Of a stretch of DNA of 64,000 bases, positions 1 through 15,160 are shown piece after piece (within the stretch, counting starts at the first letter, position 1; every line of letters starts with the position of its first letter). The notes under the pieces are model-generated. The model ran no database searches. It had not been told where the DNA came from and saw only the letters and a program-made list of their open reading frames with translations. This stretch comes from Cetorhinus maximus (Eukaryota). The DNA is taken from positions 13,206,001 through 13,270,000 of the forward strand of contig NC_135904.1 of the NCBI RefSeq assembly GCF_964194155.1, read 5' to 3'. Both the position numbers and the translations under genes were made by a program.

Positions 1-372
1 TCTACAAAGCACAGGTCAGGAGTGTGATGCAAGGCTCTCCACTTGCCTGATGAATGCAGCTCCAAGAAGCTCAACACCACCCAGGACAAAGCAGCCGGCT
101 TGATCAACACCCCATCCACTACATTAAACATTCACTCCCTCCACCACTGACGCACAGTGCGTACCATCAACAAGATGCACTGCAGGAACTCACCTAGACT
201 CCTTAGACAGCCACTACCATCTAGAAGGCAAGGGCAGACGACACATGGGAACACCACCACCTGCAAGTTCCCCTCCAAGTCACTCACCACCCTGACTTGG
301 AAATATATCACCATTCCTTCACTGTCACTGGGTCAAAATCCTGGAACTCCTTCCCTGACAGCGCTGTGGGTG
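1..372 (+). mobile_element. 3' fragment of the LINE family seen near full length at 43302-46250
   Basis: Matches 45741-46125 closely (ctacaaagcacaggtcaggagtgtgatg...gggtcaaaatcctggaactcc). Confidence 0.85.
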
Positions 373-2379
373 TAATTGAATTTGCCTCCACCACACTTTC
401 AAGCAATGCATTCCAGATCATAACAGCTTGCTGTTTAAAAAATCTCTCCTCATCCTCCCACCTCTGGTGCCAATTCCCTTAAATCTGTGTTCTCTGGTAG
501 ATGACCATTCTGTCACTGGAAACAGTTTCTCCACTGACCCCTTAAAAGCCCTCACGATTTTGAACACCTCTATTAAAGCTCCCTTTAACCTTCTCTGCTC
601 TAAAGAAAACTAACCCAATTTCTCCAGTCTCTCCACATAACTGAAGTTTGACATAATATTGGCTAGAAGGACTTCTCCTTTTACTGGTATTTCTGTTGCA
701 AATTCTTTTTTTCTTTAGGATGTCAGTGTATCACAGAATTCCGATGAGACCTATGTGAATAATTATCAATATTTAATTTTTTCCAGGATTTGCTAAAGCA
801 CCAATGGGAGGAGAAAATCAACACATGTCCCCATTTCTGAACATATCATCTATCTAGAAACAGTTGAATGCAAAAACATATTCAATGAGTTCTATAAATA
901 TATTTATATTTACAGTGAGTCACAGGAAAAGATTTAGATTAGCACTGCAATAAATTGTTAAAAGAGTCTATTTTTGGAACTAACTGGCAATGAGTGGGTA
1001 AGAAAAGAGGCTCAGTCCACAGCCCGAAAAGATTATACAAATACAAAACCATTTAATAACCAAAATATTTTGGTTGATATAAGCAGTTATATAAAGGATA
1101 ATATGGTCAAATGATACATCACTGATGCATAGTTAAGTATGGGGTCCATTGCAGGTAATTAATATTTAACCTAACTCCATTTCAGGCCCCGAGATTCTTT
1201 GTTTTCAAATTTTACTCCTTTTCTTCTCTTCTTTCCTGATGTACAGGTTGCTTACTTCTACCCTGTCCAATTAGCCATTCTTCATATAACAGCCTAGACT
1301 TCAATGTCACCAGGCTATTCAACCATGAAGGGCATCAGAGCAGATCCTGTCTTCACTAAATGTCAACACAAACACCCTTTACAACCCAAGGATCATGAAT
1401 TTGATGTTGCTACAAGTGGACATTACAGTTCACATGTGTGTGAGTGTAGAGGTTCAGACAATTTGAAGAGGATTTAACATGGGGGAGGTGTTAAACTGTG
1501 ACCACATCTAAGAGAGTGACACTGAACATTCCCGAAGAAGAGCAGGAGAGTCTCCCTGTTGTCTTGAACATTTATCCCTTGACAAACAACATTAGCCTGA
1601 ATGAGCTGGTCATTTATCTCATTGATGGTTGTGTTTGCTGACCTATGCTTCAAAATTCATTCATTAGCAGCAAAGTGCTGTGAGGTGTCTTGAAGGCACA
1701 AAAGATGCTATAAAAATGTAAATTCTTCCTTTCTGTAATAAGTTGAGAGAGAAAGTAAAGTACTCCATATTGCAGTCAGAATGAGTTTGTAACAATTGTT
1801 TATTCCAGCTCCAGATAACCTTCAAGGACAATTCCTCAATGAACAGGTTAGTCACAGCTGAATTATTGGTTGAGAGTTTAATATTGCTGTGTATTAGTAA
1901 TCGGTTAGATTTCAGTCAGTTAAATCCCCTGCAGTACAATTTTAGGTGTCCTTTGGTGTGGCCTTTTTCCAACCTGTGCCTAAAATCTCTGGGCTTATGG
2001 AAGTGGATGAAGTGGAGAGTGTCTCACAAGCAAAGAGTGTGCACTGCATCTCAGCCAATCTCTAAAGTGGATTGGAAACTCTCACAACTGGATTATCCTG
2101 CAGCTGTCAGGCTGACCAAAGAAAATCAAGAGAAATGGATCTTGGCCAGGATACTGATAAAAATTATTCTCATCCTGATTAAATAGTGATTATTTGCAAC
2201 CATCCCAGAGGTTTAATATTTCATCTGAAAGAAAGCACCTTTGACAGTTCAGCACACCTTCAGTACTGTCAGACATTAGCCTGGGTTTTCTATTCAAGTT
2301 CCTATTAGACTCAGAGGTAAGCGTGCAAACCCACCGAGCCATGGCTGACTCCTACCCAATTTAACTAGATTGCACTCAA

Positions 2380-2570
2380 TCATCCTGGCTGTCACGTGAT
2401 GCAACGATAATGGAGCTGTAGACTAATCACAGCGATCAATCTCTATCAATGAGTCTACAACAGACCCAGATAGGAACTGAGGAAACCCTTAGTGGTGGAG
2501 AGTTTTGGGAACGGTAAGTCCAAAGTTATCTGTTCTTCTCACAGTCACCGCAGGTCATGTCTCAAATTAT
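2380..2570 (-). repeat. Dispersed repeat, probably a CR1 3' UTR; second copy near 63250-63750
   Basis: catcctggctgtcacgtgatgcaac...gactaatca...caatgagtctacaacagac aligns by eye with 63277-63430, which runs into a reverse-oriented CR1-like 3' end. Confidence 0.6.
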
Positions 2571-2699
2571 ACAGTAGACTCTATCCCAAAAACTCCGGGG
2601 CTGCCTAAGGTCATAGAGATTGGGATGGAAAATGTCCCCAGCCTTTTCAAAACTATTGCTTCTGAAAATCAATGGCTTCCGGCCAGATAACTTTACTTT

Positions 2700-4560
2700 T
2701 CCAAAGTTTATTTGGTGTTTTTAACTAAAGGCTTGAGTTGTTGTACCAGAAGACCCTCCCTCCGAAAACACCCGCGAACCAGGGCTGCTTACGCGATGTA
2801 ACAGGAGGGCTTTTTACATTAGGGAATTATTGCCAGGAGATGCTGTAACATGGAGGGAGATGGGGTGGGGTTGGTGGGGGGAGGGGGTGAATGGGGGGGT
2901 GGGGGAAGGTGATGCTGGGGTGGGGGAAATACTTTCCACACTGGTTACGTGGTTATTTGGGGGATGACGTTAGTGACGTAGACGCAATCGTATTTCTTCC
3001 AACAAATGAAAGAAAAGAGGTTATTTATAAACTCGATCGCTCCGTCTGAGCTCACCCCCCAAATACAGTGCAGCCTAGATCAGCACTGCAGGGAAATTGG
3101 ACCGACACAAGTGGGGGCACCGCCACTCACAGCCCCAGTTACAAAAGTCCACTCAATTATCTTTTTTTTTTGGTCAAATAGAATCTAAATAGCATAATAT
3201 TTCAATTAGAGTTGGAAATGTAAATCTGCATAAGATTTGCTTTTCCTCTCTCTCGTTGCTGCCGCAGTTGGGAAATATATCGTCGACTCCTTGCTTTATT
3301 TTTGGGCTTTTTAAAAAAAAAGCCACAAAATTTAAAGAGATTCAGAGACTTCTGGTGTTTGCAGTACATTGCAACCGGGGGAAAAGGCACAATGATCTGT
3401 CAAACCCTGCAGCGGAATCAAGCTCATTGCAAAACGGTAAGACTGCTTATTCATTCGTGTATCTTTTCTAGATTTGGCTTTTATTAAAACTTGGAAAGAG
3501 AGGACCAATTTTAAATGCCTAAAAATGTAAAGATCCATCTGCGATTTAAAATAATAAAATACATGAATCTGTTTGCAATCTCTAAATCTTGCAGCCCCGG
3601 TTGGCTAAATGGTTAAATTAATTGCTGTATAGGTTGTCGTTAGATGTACATTCCCATCGAAACCACCCACCAACACCAACCCTCCCACCCGCCGCCTGCT
3701 CACTCCCCTGGGGTATTGCAGAGTTCAGGGAAAACACTGCATTTTGGTGAACGCGTGTTTTTAACTCTATTTTGCTTAATCCGAGAGGATTACATCTCTG
3801 TTGGAAATATTGCACCCCTTTCAAATATCTTCACTGGTGTACAGCTGGTTATTCGGCTATGGGGTGCCGCACATTTATTGAAAACCTCCCCCCGCAATGT
3901 TGGACCCTGTGTAAAAACAAAACCCACCCAGAAATGGTTCTGCTGTTTAGATATCTGCACCGGGAGATGTATGCCATTAATTTAACCAGTAATCTGCCAG
4001 AATGGAGCCAACATTTAACGAAATTCATTTAAAACCAGGGGTTCGAGTCGCTTCTTTCAGGCTGAAGGGAATCTGGGACAGACGGTAATCCCGCCCGCTG
4101 GAAGGGGAAGGTAGTTAGGAATCTCCCCCACCCCGCTTCCCCCCAGGGATCCTTTTCTGTCGGCTCCCCCGCCCGCCCGCCCGCCACTCCCCATGAGGGT
4201 TCCCAAGCCGCCCTCCCCGAAGCCGGCGCTGTCTCTACACTTGCTGAGACCCGGCACGTGTAGACGGCTGGTCCTGTCTTCCTGGTTTACCTGTTCGACT
4301 ATTAGCCCCCAGGCACAGCGATCGGAGTTCCTGAACACCGGCCTGGAGGTGCCCGGGATCCCCGGGAAGGGATTACCCACCATTTACCATACTTGTTGCG
4401 TTCGCCGGCCCTGCCCCAGTTGTAGAAGAAACGCCGATTTCTGAGCTTTTGGGGGGAAATAAATGAGCAAATGGTAAACAAGAGGCTGAGCAGGAGCAAC
4501 GCTGCGCCGCACAGGGCGGTTAATACAGAGGCGAGGGGAGGAATGTCAGGAGATGGAGGG
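2700..4560 (+). promoter_or_regulatory. CpG-enriched putative promoter and 5' UTR region of ANKRD34C
   Basis: CpG density visibly above the AT-rich background, GC-box-like ccgccc tracts at 4090-4190, tandem TGACGT sites at 2965 and 2974, candidate donor acg|gtaaga near 3437; 5-7 kb upstream of the coding exon. Confidence 0.55.
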
Positions 4561-4589
4561 ACATAGCAGGAGAGGCAGGATAGATACAG

Positions 4590-4950
4590 CAAGAGTTTAA
4601 TATAAAACAGGAAAAAAACGCTGAAAATACTCAGCGGGAGAGAGAAACAGAGTTAACGTTTCAGAGTTTGATGCATCTACGGAGAGAGGGCTTGGAAGGC
4701 ATTGAGAGAAAGGATTTGGGCAGATAGACATACAGAGGAGGGAGAGGATGTGAGTGATAAGAAGTAGGAGAGATTGTGAGAGAGCTGCACAGAGAGTTAA
4801 GAGGATTGAAAATGTTAAACAAAGCAAAAATACTGCGGATGCTGGAAATCTTAAATAAAAACAGAAGGTGCTAGAAATACTCAGCAAGTCAGGCAGCATC
4901 TGTGGAGAGAAAAATAGAATTAACGTTTCAGTTCGATGAGTTTTCATGAA
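4590..4950 (-). mobile_element. Two short Penelope-derived terminal fragments
   Basis: aaagcaaaaatactgcggatgctggaaatc...cagcatctgtggagaga...ttaacgtttc matches the termini of the GIY-YIG elements at 28690-28830 and 32420-32560. Confidence 0.65.
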
Positions 4951-5004
4951 AATGTCAGGGGATAGTATTAATAATTAATATGACAGCATTGCATGGGCTG
5001 CAGG

Positions 5005-5025
5005 ATCAGCACCATGGACAGCGAT
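5005..5025 (+). promoter_or_regulatory. RE1/NRSE (REST binding site)
   Basis: ATCAGCACCATGGACAGCGAT versus consensus TTCAGCACCACGGACAGCGCC; both half-sites and the 2-nt spacer are intact. Confidence 0.75.
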
Positions 5026-6439
5026 TTAATTCCAATGTGGTCTCTCATTTAGTGTCTATTGCTCTGTCTGTCTCCGTCTACCTGTATCTCTGACTTTCTG
5101 TTTGTCCCTATTTCTTTGTGTGTCTCTATCTGTCCCTCTGTCTGTCTATGTTTCTATCTCCCTGTCTCATTCTGTCTCTATTTCTGTTTCTCTCAAGCCA
5201 TTCCAGCTCTTCCATTGTTCCCAGGCTATTCACTTCCCCTGCAGCCTTTTTTTACACTCTCTATGTGATCAATACGGCGGGGATGACTATCCACCTCATA
5301 CTCTCAATGATATGCCACATTGGGGTAAAGGCAATGCTTTCATTTCTTTATTTGCATTTCCATGAGGAATAATTTGCATAATATTAGTGCTTTAGCTCAT
5401 TGTTGTAGATTTATGCAATTAATATTCATCAGTTAGAAAAATTACAATCCGTGTTTTTTTTCCTAAGAATTAAATACAGCTTTAACCCTCATGGGGATAT
5501 TGTAATATCCTGTAATTAAAAGTTAATATTTATTTAATTACTATAAATTACATACTTAGATTGAAATCAAAATGTGTAGGTTAGTCCAACAAAATATTAA
5601 GGATAGTCTGTCAATTAATAGATATCATAGAGGAATTTGTTTCTTATCTGATAATTTTTTGTTACAAAAACAACTTGTACTTATGTTAGCAACATGTCCC
5701 AAAGTGCTCCACAGTGGGGAGGGGTGAGAATAGGGCTTAAGCAGGAGCAGGGCAATGAGGTAAATCTTAAGGACATGTTTATTGGTGCAAAGAGATGTAG
5801 CAATGTGGGGAGGTGTAGAAAGAGAGTTGAGGAATGGGACATTGAGGTCTCTGAAATCTCTATCATTGAGTGACTGAGAGAATGGTCAGAAAGATCTGGA
5901 GCAGGTTATAGGGGCATTTGGGGAGTGAGGCCAGGGAGGGATTTGTAAATGAGAACAAGGATTCTGAAATCAATGCAGTGAAAGACCTTAATCAATGACT
6001 GGAATATATCACGTAACAGTTTAATCCACATCCGATAATGTTAATTAGCTTCTCCAATCCAATACTAATTATTAATCATAAGCATCCAACTGAAGTAGTT
6101 TGATATTTGCTGCATTCGCGATTCAGTGACTTGTTAAATATTTAGCATTATGTTAACTGTCAAACCAGTTCCAAATATATTTAGTTATAGTGTCATGTAC
6201 AAAAATGTCTCTCACATGCATATTGTCAAATAAAATCTTCATTATTATAATGAATCGCAGGAGCAGTCAACATCCAGAGTGCATTGACTTACCTATTCTG
6301 AACTCTGATTTTGGAGGACTCTTTTTAGGTCACATGTACTATTGTGCCACCTACTGCCCAAAATCAGTAAACACCCCTCATCATAAAAGACCATTAAGTT
6401 TTGACTGTGACTTTTTGAAGATTTAGGACTGCCTGTCAG

Positions 6440-6795
6440 TAAAAAAGAAAGGCTTGCATTTATATAGTGCTTTTCATGACCACCAGATGTCTCATGAAGT
6501 ATTTTTGAAGTGTAGTCACTCTTGTAATGTAGGAACCACAACAGCCAATCTGCACACAGCAAGCTCCCACAAATAGAAATTTGATAATGTGCAAATAATC
6601 TGATTTTTTGTGATGTTGATTGAGGGATAAATATTGACTAGGACACCAGGGAGAACTCCCCTGCTCTTCTTCAAAGCAGTGTCATGGGATTTTCTACATC
6701 CATCCAAACAGGCAGATGGGGCCTTTGTTTAACATCTCACCTGAAAAACAATGCCCCCAACAGTGCAGCACCCTCTCAGTACTGCACTGGAGTAT
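6440..6795 (-). mobile_element. Deu-domain SINE (SacSINE1/AmnSINE1-like)
   Basis: Reverse strand carries aaatcccatgacactgctttgaagaagagcaggggagttctccctggtgtcct...atttatccctcaatcaacatcac...tgctgtgtgcagattggctg...ctatataaatgcaagc. Similar copies at about 1500-1730, 9130-9480, 12710-12960, 16100-16480, 18400-18800, 25240-25450, 46400-46620, 55270-55700 and 59090-59220. Confidence 0.7.
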
Positions 6796-9596
6796 CATGA
6801 GTATGATTACATTTTGAAAATAATAATGGGGTGACATATAATTTGGCTTAAGCTAACAGAAGCCACTGCTACTGAAGGAAATATGCTTCCACCTTTTGCA
6901 CTTAGTGTGACCAGCAAGGTCTCCTTAGTACAAGCTAGATTCAGGGTCAAACACTCCAGTCTATCCCAACCAGAACAAACCAATAAAGAAACAAGAGAGT
7001 AATCATACAACTCTCCAGCAGAAGTGTACAAGTATATTTACTCAAGAATTTTATCACCATCGCACTCTCATTGCCCAAAGATAAATGAGTCACTCTCTCC
7101 AGATAATTCAACTGCCAACCCCTGTAGATTTGTGAATACGGAGTTCATTAGGATGGCATTGTCTATGAATGGCTGAGAAATATAGTCCAATCAACAATCA
7201 AATTTCCTTTCACTTCTGTAAATAATGACTTCTCCGTGAGCTTCCTTCATTTGAGGCTATACCGATTGAGAGAAACAGTCCAATCCAAGTCCCAAACCAA
7301 GTCACTTAGTTCTTTAAACACCAATGTAATGCTCATGCCAACCAGATTTTAGGAACAGTCTCCAAGCTCCCTATTGTTGAATCTAACTAGCAGAACCTAA
7401 AAATAAATTTTAAAAATTATCCTTTAATGTGTAGCAGACCTTACTGAAATCTTTACTTCAGGGTAGGGAAATGAACTGAAACTCTGGATTTATTTCAGGC
7501 CTGTGACTTGCTTCACCAGAACCTTCCCAAGTATGTAAAAAGCTGATCAATTTGTCTTCATGCAGCTGAGAGATCCAGCAATTGTTTTATCTACGTCCTG
7601 GTGACTGTGAACATTGGCAGATACTTCAGCTGAATTCTTAAATACCTAGCTGAACTTTGCTCCTTTTACAAGATTTCTTGTAGTCCCAAGAATGCACTGA
7701 ATCCCATCTTTAGGAGGCCTCCACCCTTACACTGCCTCAATAGATCATTATTCACAATACCTTTAACCTAGGGAGGGCTGATAGGATAGCTCTTTCAAAG
7801 AGCTAACACAGATATGATGGGCCAAATAGCCTCCCTCTGCACTGTCATTCTATATAAATATCCCAAAGTCCTTTACAAGCAAAGGGGAGGATTGAAATTG
7901 ACAGAGTTGGAACTGGGAGAAACGTTACAGGAGGTAACCAAAGGTGATGTCAAAGAGATGAGGTTAAGATGGCTATAGGCTGGAGGAGGGTACAAAGGGA
8001 GCATGGAGCACAGTCACCAAGGGATTTGCAGTTAAGGATGATAATTTTAAACATAACATATATAGGGCTTGGAAAGCCTGTGGAAATCCAACTTTTAGGG
8101 CAGTATTTACCTTGTGGGGGCTCTGTACAATTGCACAGGTTGAACAATTCTAACTCTGTTTCCTGTTGTTGGACAGAGTAAGACCAATAATTTAGTCTAA
8201 GTTATTTAGTGGGAACTTTGTTTTTAAAACAACAGATCCTTAAACATGGAAATTAGTCCACAGTTATACTGGAAACATTGATTTCAGACTGGTCTCTATA
8301 TGATGTGATATTCAGCTGACATACCTGAGCTCATCCAAATCTCTACTATCTGTATCCTAACTTGTTCCATCCATCCATCTCCCATACATTGGCAGCCAGT
8401 CTGGCAATGCCTCAATTTTAAAATTATCATTCGTGTTCAAATCCTTCCATGCTCTCCTCGCCCCAGCTCCACACATCCATCTCTGTAACCTCTTCCAGCC
8501 TCTATAAGCCTCCAAGATCTCTGCACTTCTCCAATTCTAAGCTCTTGTCCATCCCCCACTTCCTTCGCTCCGTCATGGACGGCTGTGCCTTCAGGCTTGG
8601 AGATCCAAGCCCTAAGAACAGGGATTCCCTTCATAAATTTCTCTGCCTCTCTCTCTTTAAGTCTAGCCTGAAAACTTACATTTTTTGACCAAGGTTTTGT
8701 GACCCCTCCCACTATCTCATTCTTTGACTTGGTGTTGATTTTTGTCTGATTACACATCTGTGAAGTGCCTTGGATCATTTTCCTATGTTGAAGGTGCAAA
8801 CTGTAGTTGTTGTTAGAATGCCAACTAATCCTTGTGCTGAATTTAATTACAAAACGGTCCATGTCTGGACAGCTGGGGAAGATTTCAGTCAATGATTACT
8901 ATTAAGACAGAGTGGGGGAGGGGAAGAATCTTCCCCCTGATATTATAAAAATCGAAAATAAGTTTCTACTGTTCCCAGAGAGTCCAATTTCCAAAAGATC
9001 GATTTTTACCAAGCTGAAGTTTCACTGCATCCAATGAAAACTCAATTTGATGGTTCCACATTTCATTTTAGTACATTTCTCCCAAACCAAAGCAATGTTC
9101 AATGGTCATTAAAAAAAATAAAAAGGTGTTTTTATATAGCACCTTTCACAACTTCAGGCCATTCCAAAGCACTTTACAGCCAAAACTTTTGTTTTGATGT
9201 ATAGTCACTGGTGTAACATAGGAAATGGGACAGCCAATTTGTGCACAGCAAGCTCCCACAAACAACAATGTGATAATGATCAGATAACCTGATTTTGAGG
9301 GATGCTGGTTGAGGGATAAATATTGATCCAGGACACTGAGGAGAACTTGCCTTCAAGACAGTGTCATGGGATTTATTTCCACTTGAGAGGGGCAAATTGA
9401 GGCCTCAGGTTAACATCACATCCTAAATATGGCACCTTGAACAGTGCAGAACTCCCCCAATACTACACTGGATGTCAGCCATCAGTGTAAAAGCAGCAAT
9501 ACAACTTTACCCTAAGAACGTATAAATTGTACAATTTGTAACTTTAGGTAGACAAAATGATGTAGTTTTTTGTGCTTTGAGGAAATTATTACTTAG

Positions 9597-11303
<1,707 letters not shown>

Positions 11304-14159
11304 TGCATCTGACACATGGTCTCGTCTTAATACCCATGGGAATGTAAAACTAAATCAAACTTACAGTTTAATAAGCTAATAAACAAAATTAGTATTTTCC
11401 TTTAAAGTAACCTGAACTGGGCTGGCTGTGTTAGATACCCTGACTATACTTGGTAAATTTTGGATACAAACCAATCGACATATCTGGCCGAAAGATGATC
11501 AAATTCAACTTTGGCACAGGCGAGAAACAAACAAAAAGCAGATCGCCCACCCGTAACGCATCAAGCCCAACATTTCCATCCATGGACAGCAGGAGGCGCC
11601 TGGCTCTCTCTTTCTTGATCCAGGGGTGAAGAGGCTGGGGCCAGTTTTCGATCTGGGTTACTATTAAATGGAAGCAGCAAAGCTGCAGGTGCCAAACCGC
11701 CTTCTCGATGCAACTCACCGTTTCGAGCCCGAGGGATTTCAGCCAGCTCCCAGGGCCCAAGGGAAGGACCTTTTAAAAATGGTGACAACTACAGTACAGG
11801 TTTTAATGGGCAGTAAATCTCCCAGCCCCACTTTAAGGCTGCTCCCCTGTTCCTCTGCACCCCCCTCCCCCCTCCCATTAATGTCAGGTTTAGTCAGTTG
11901 AAACCAGCCAAAATGTGTGGTCATTCCTGACAAAGGCAAAGTGTTTATATCGATTTGGTTTCAGAATGTCAAACCCTCCTAGCCCACCCTTGGATATGTG
12001 CTGATTATATATTTTATTGCTTTTGAACATGTAGAACAGGCGTTCATTATTTTAAACAACCAGTTTCCTGTGAATGAGTCGTTTTAACAAATATCTCAAT
12101 TGTGACAAATTTAAATCATATGCTTTTTTAAATTAATAATCTAACTTATGTTGTGGACATCAATTAACAAGTGTAATTTCCTGCTTACCTCTTGGCCAGT
12201 TTTAGATGTTATTCTTAAAACAAGAGGTCCAGATAAAAACCTGCATTAAATTAATAGAAGTCATGTTCAAATCAAAGGGGAGATGACAGAAGATACGTTT
12301 TCTACCTGGGCCTCCTGTGCATGGTTAATAAATTGAAATTTAATAAATTGAATATGGCTTTAGAGCTGCATCCAGAAGGTGCAAAATGTATGTGTATATA
12401 AACCAGAAATGCCCAGTATCAGAAAGGCAAAGTTGATCATAGTTTAAGCTCCATAATGCACCTACTTCCACAAGGACTATTTGTCACTATCCATTCTTGT
12501 ACTGTGTTCTCTAACTGGCTACCTGATTCAGGTGGTATTCCTTGACCATCCTCCCTGCTTGAGGTGGTAGATATTACCCATACTCCTTGGATAGATGAAA
12601 ACACTAAGACATGTGGCAGTTTTAAGAAGCTGGAAAGAGATAGCATTATTTTGACTTGGTCAGCTAGTGGTCTGAGCATTTATGTCAGGTATAATCATTA
12701 ACTTCATATTAATATAGCACCTTGCTTCACCTCAGGACATCCCAAATCGCTTTATAGGCAAATTTGGCAGCCAAATTGCATAAAACAGGACCCCACAAAG
12801 AGCAATAAGCAAGTAATGTATTTTAGTGATGTTGGTTGAGGGGTAAATGTTGGCCAAGGACAGCAGGGAGAACTCCCCAGCTCTTCTTCAAAATGGTGCC
12901 ATGGGATTATTTACCTGAGACAGCAAACAGGGCCTCAGTTTGTCTCATTTGAGGAATATCTAGCCATATAGGCTACAGAGCAGAGAGTGGCAATTATTGT
13001 AATGTATAAATACCAGTGACAATGTGGACAGCAATCATTAAAAACCAGGGTTAGAAATAAAACAAAAATCTGACCAGCGTCAAAAATAATCAATATTTTT
13101 TATATACGTTTCAGCACTAACCACTCACACTGATGTCTCATCTCCATTTCGCCTGAACTCTAATCTCCCCCAATCATGTGGCCTCTGAAACACAAGGCAG
13201 TCAATCCCAGTGTATTGACATTTAATAATGCAAATGCTAACCTGCATTACCCAAGGGGTCAGTTCATCAAATTAAAGGGCAGTGGACTTAAAGGAAAAAT
13301 CAGCTTTCTGCCTCATTCTATCAAGCCTGTGACTCCATTAAAATTGCACCATCACAGACTCATTGTCACAAAAAAATAAAAGTTCAAGTAAATATTCTAT
13401 AATTTACACTAGTGAACTATGATACAATAATAGTTATATTAGCATCAATCTTTCAGAGTATTCTTTGTGTGAGTAAATTTAAATTAAACTCTATACTTGA
13501 GAAAATATATTGTTCAAGTAAACGTGTGTATTTCTGTGGAGATAAAGTAAATAGGTTAGAATGTGAATAATAATTGTAATTAGCAGTTTACCAACTCAAA
13601 GTGCATTAAGATGTGTTTGTTTCTGTTAAAGCGTCTTAAAAGTTTTGTCGGAAGGTGAGACTCCCTCAGACTGCACGCTTTCATTCTGAATGATGGTTGG
13701 ACAAAAGTTTGTTAAGCCAGATGAAGCAGGAAGCAATGAGCTGATTAAAATTACAATTCGTGAAAGCCATTTTGCTTATCAGTCTAACTCTGTCCTTTGT
13801 GTTCTGCTTAGTGTTTTGTCAAAGTGTAAATAACAATCTGTATTTTCTTAATATTTTACATTTAATGTCTGTAAATAAGCAACTTGGATGGAACCAGCAA
13901 ATGTTAACCCACGTTAACTAAATGATGGACACCATTTGGAGATTCACTACAAGGTTCACAGCCTGTTTTAGATGTAAATTATCACTTGAAGCAGCAAGCA
14001 TTTCTTTACAGAATGTAAGCAGGTTGTTGCAGTATCTTGTGTACAAGAGTATTTTCATAAAATAAATGAGTGGTATGTTATTTGTGGCATATAACATTGC
14101 ATTAAAATGGAACAAAATCTTTCAAAAATATTAACGAGCAAAATTTCCCCACTATGTTT

Positions 14160-14327
14160 TAGTAGGGAAGGAAATCTGCTGCCTTTACCTGGTCTGGCCT
14201 ACTTGTGACTCCAGACCCACAGCAATGTGGTTGACTCTTAACTACCCTCTGAACAAGGGCAATTAGGAATGGGCAATAAATGCTGGCCTAGTCAGCAACA
14301 TCCACATCCCATGAACAAATAAAAAAT
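14160..14327 (+). mobile_element. 5'-truncated SINE sharing its ends with the 43302-46250 LINE
   Basis: tagggaaggaaatctgc...cagcaatgtggttgactcttaac...aagggcaattaggaatgggcaataaatgctggcctagtcagc followed by an A-rich tail. Confidence 0.75.
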
Positions 14328-14802
14328 TACATTTAACAAAGAAATGAACTGCACTTTAGTGAACAAATGGGATGCTGAGATTCACTGTCCAACCTCATAC
14401 ATAAAGAATAATCACTTGGGTGAGGGTTTGGAAATTATCAATGGTCATGGTTCCTTGGCCATACTCAGGAAGAGTTACTGCTGGGAAGGGGAATTCAAAG
14501 GGTTTTGGAAGAGTAATTAAAAATGATCAATGGTTCAAATCGATCATTAACAGGGTAACATTATGGCATATATCCGTGGTCAGAGTTCCTACAGCAATAG
14601 AAATAACCACCATTCTTCACACAATAAACGAACAGTTTTCCTGAAGAGAATTATAAAGCTTACAAAAAGTCTTTAATACTTTTATGTATACTGGACAGGA
14701 CAAATAGGCCACTCTACCTAGCAAGCAATGAGGACTTAGGAAAAATTACAGATTAAAGGAACAGAGTGAAGAGGTTAAAATATGGTCACAAGTACAGATA
14801 CA

Positions 14803-15160
14803 AGTGTTGCCAACTGTGTTCCTGGAAATTTTATCACATGACTTGCCCTCATACTCTTGCCATTAGTCGGCCAACACGTTATGTTACATTGCATGTGATG
14901 TTAGTGCTTTCCTACACCAATTGGGAAGCAAAAAGTCTCACTACCCAATTGGATGATGCTTGACTGTCAGCCAAGCAGTTCCCCCCCCACCATTTTCAAT
15001 ATTTTTATATCTGGTAAAGAGAAATGTTCAAAGAAAATGAAAAAAAAGACACTTTTTTAATGTCCCGATGTTTTTTCTCCACGGTTGCACACAGCAGTGT
15101 CCTGGAGATTGATCTTCAATTCCTGGAGACTCCAAGCCAATCCTAGAGGGTTGGCAACCC
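14803..15160. mobile_element. Putative non-autonomous DNA transposon (MITE-like)
   Basis: Inverted termini gtgttgccaac (about 14803) and gttggcaaccc (about 15150-15160); no coding capacity. Confidence 0.45.

Noticed and set aside
4057-4592. GC-rich ORFs of 83-108 aa
   Set aside because: No recognisable domain; expected by chance in a CpG-rich promoter region.
11578-11592. CCATGGACAGC RE1 right half-site in the ANKRD34C 3' region
   Set aside because: The left half TCAGCA is absent; likely chance.
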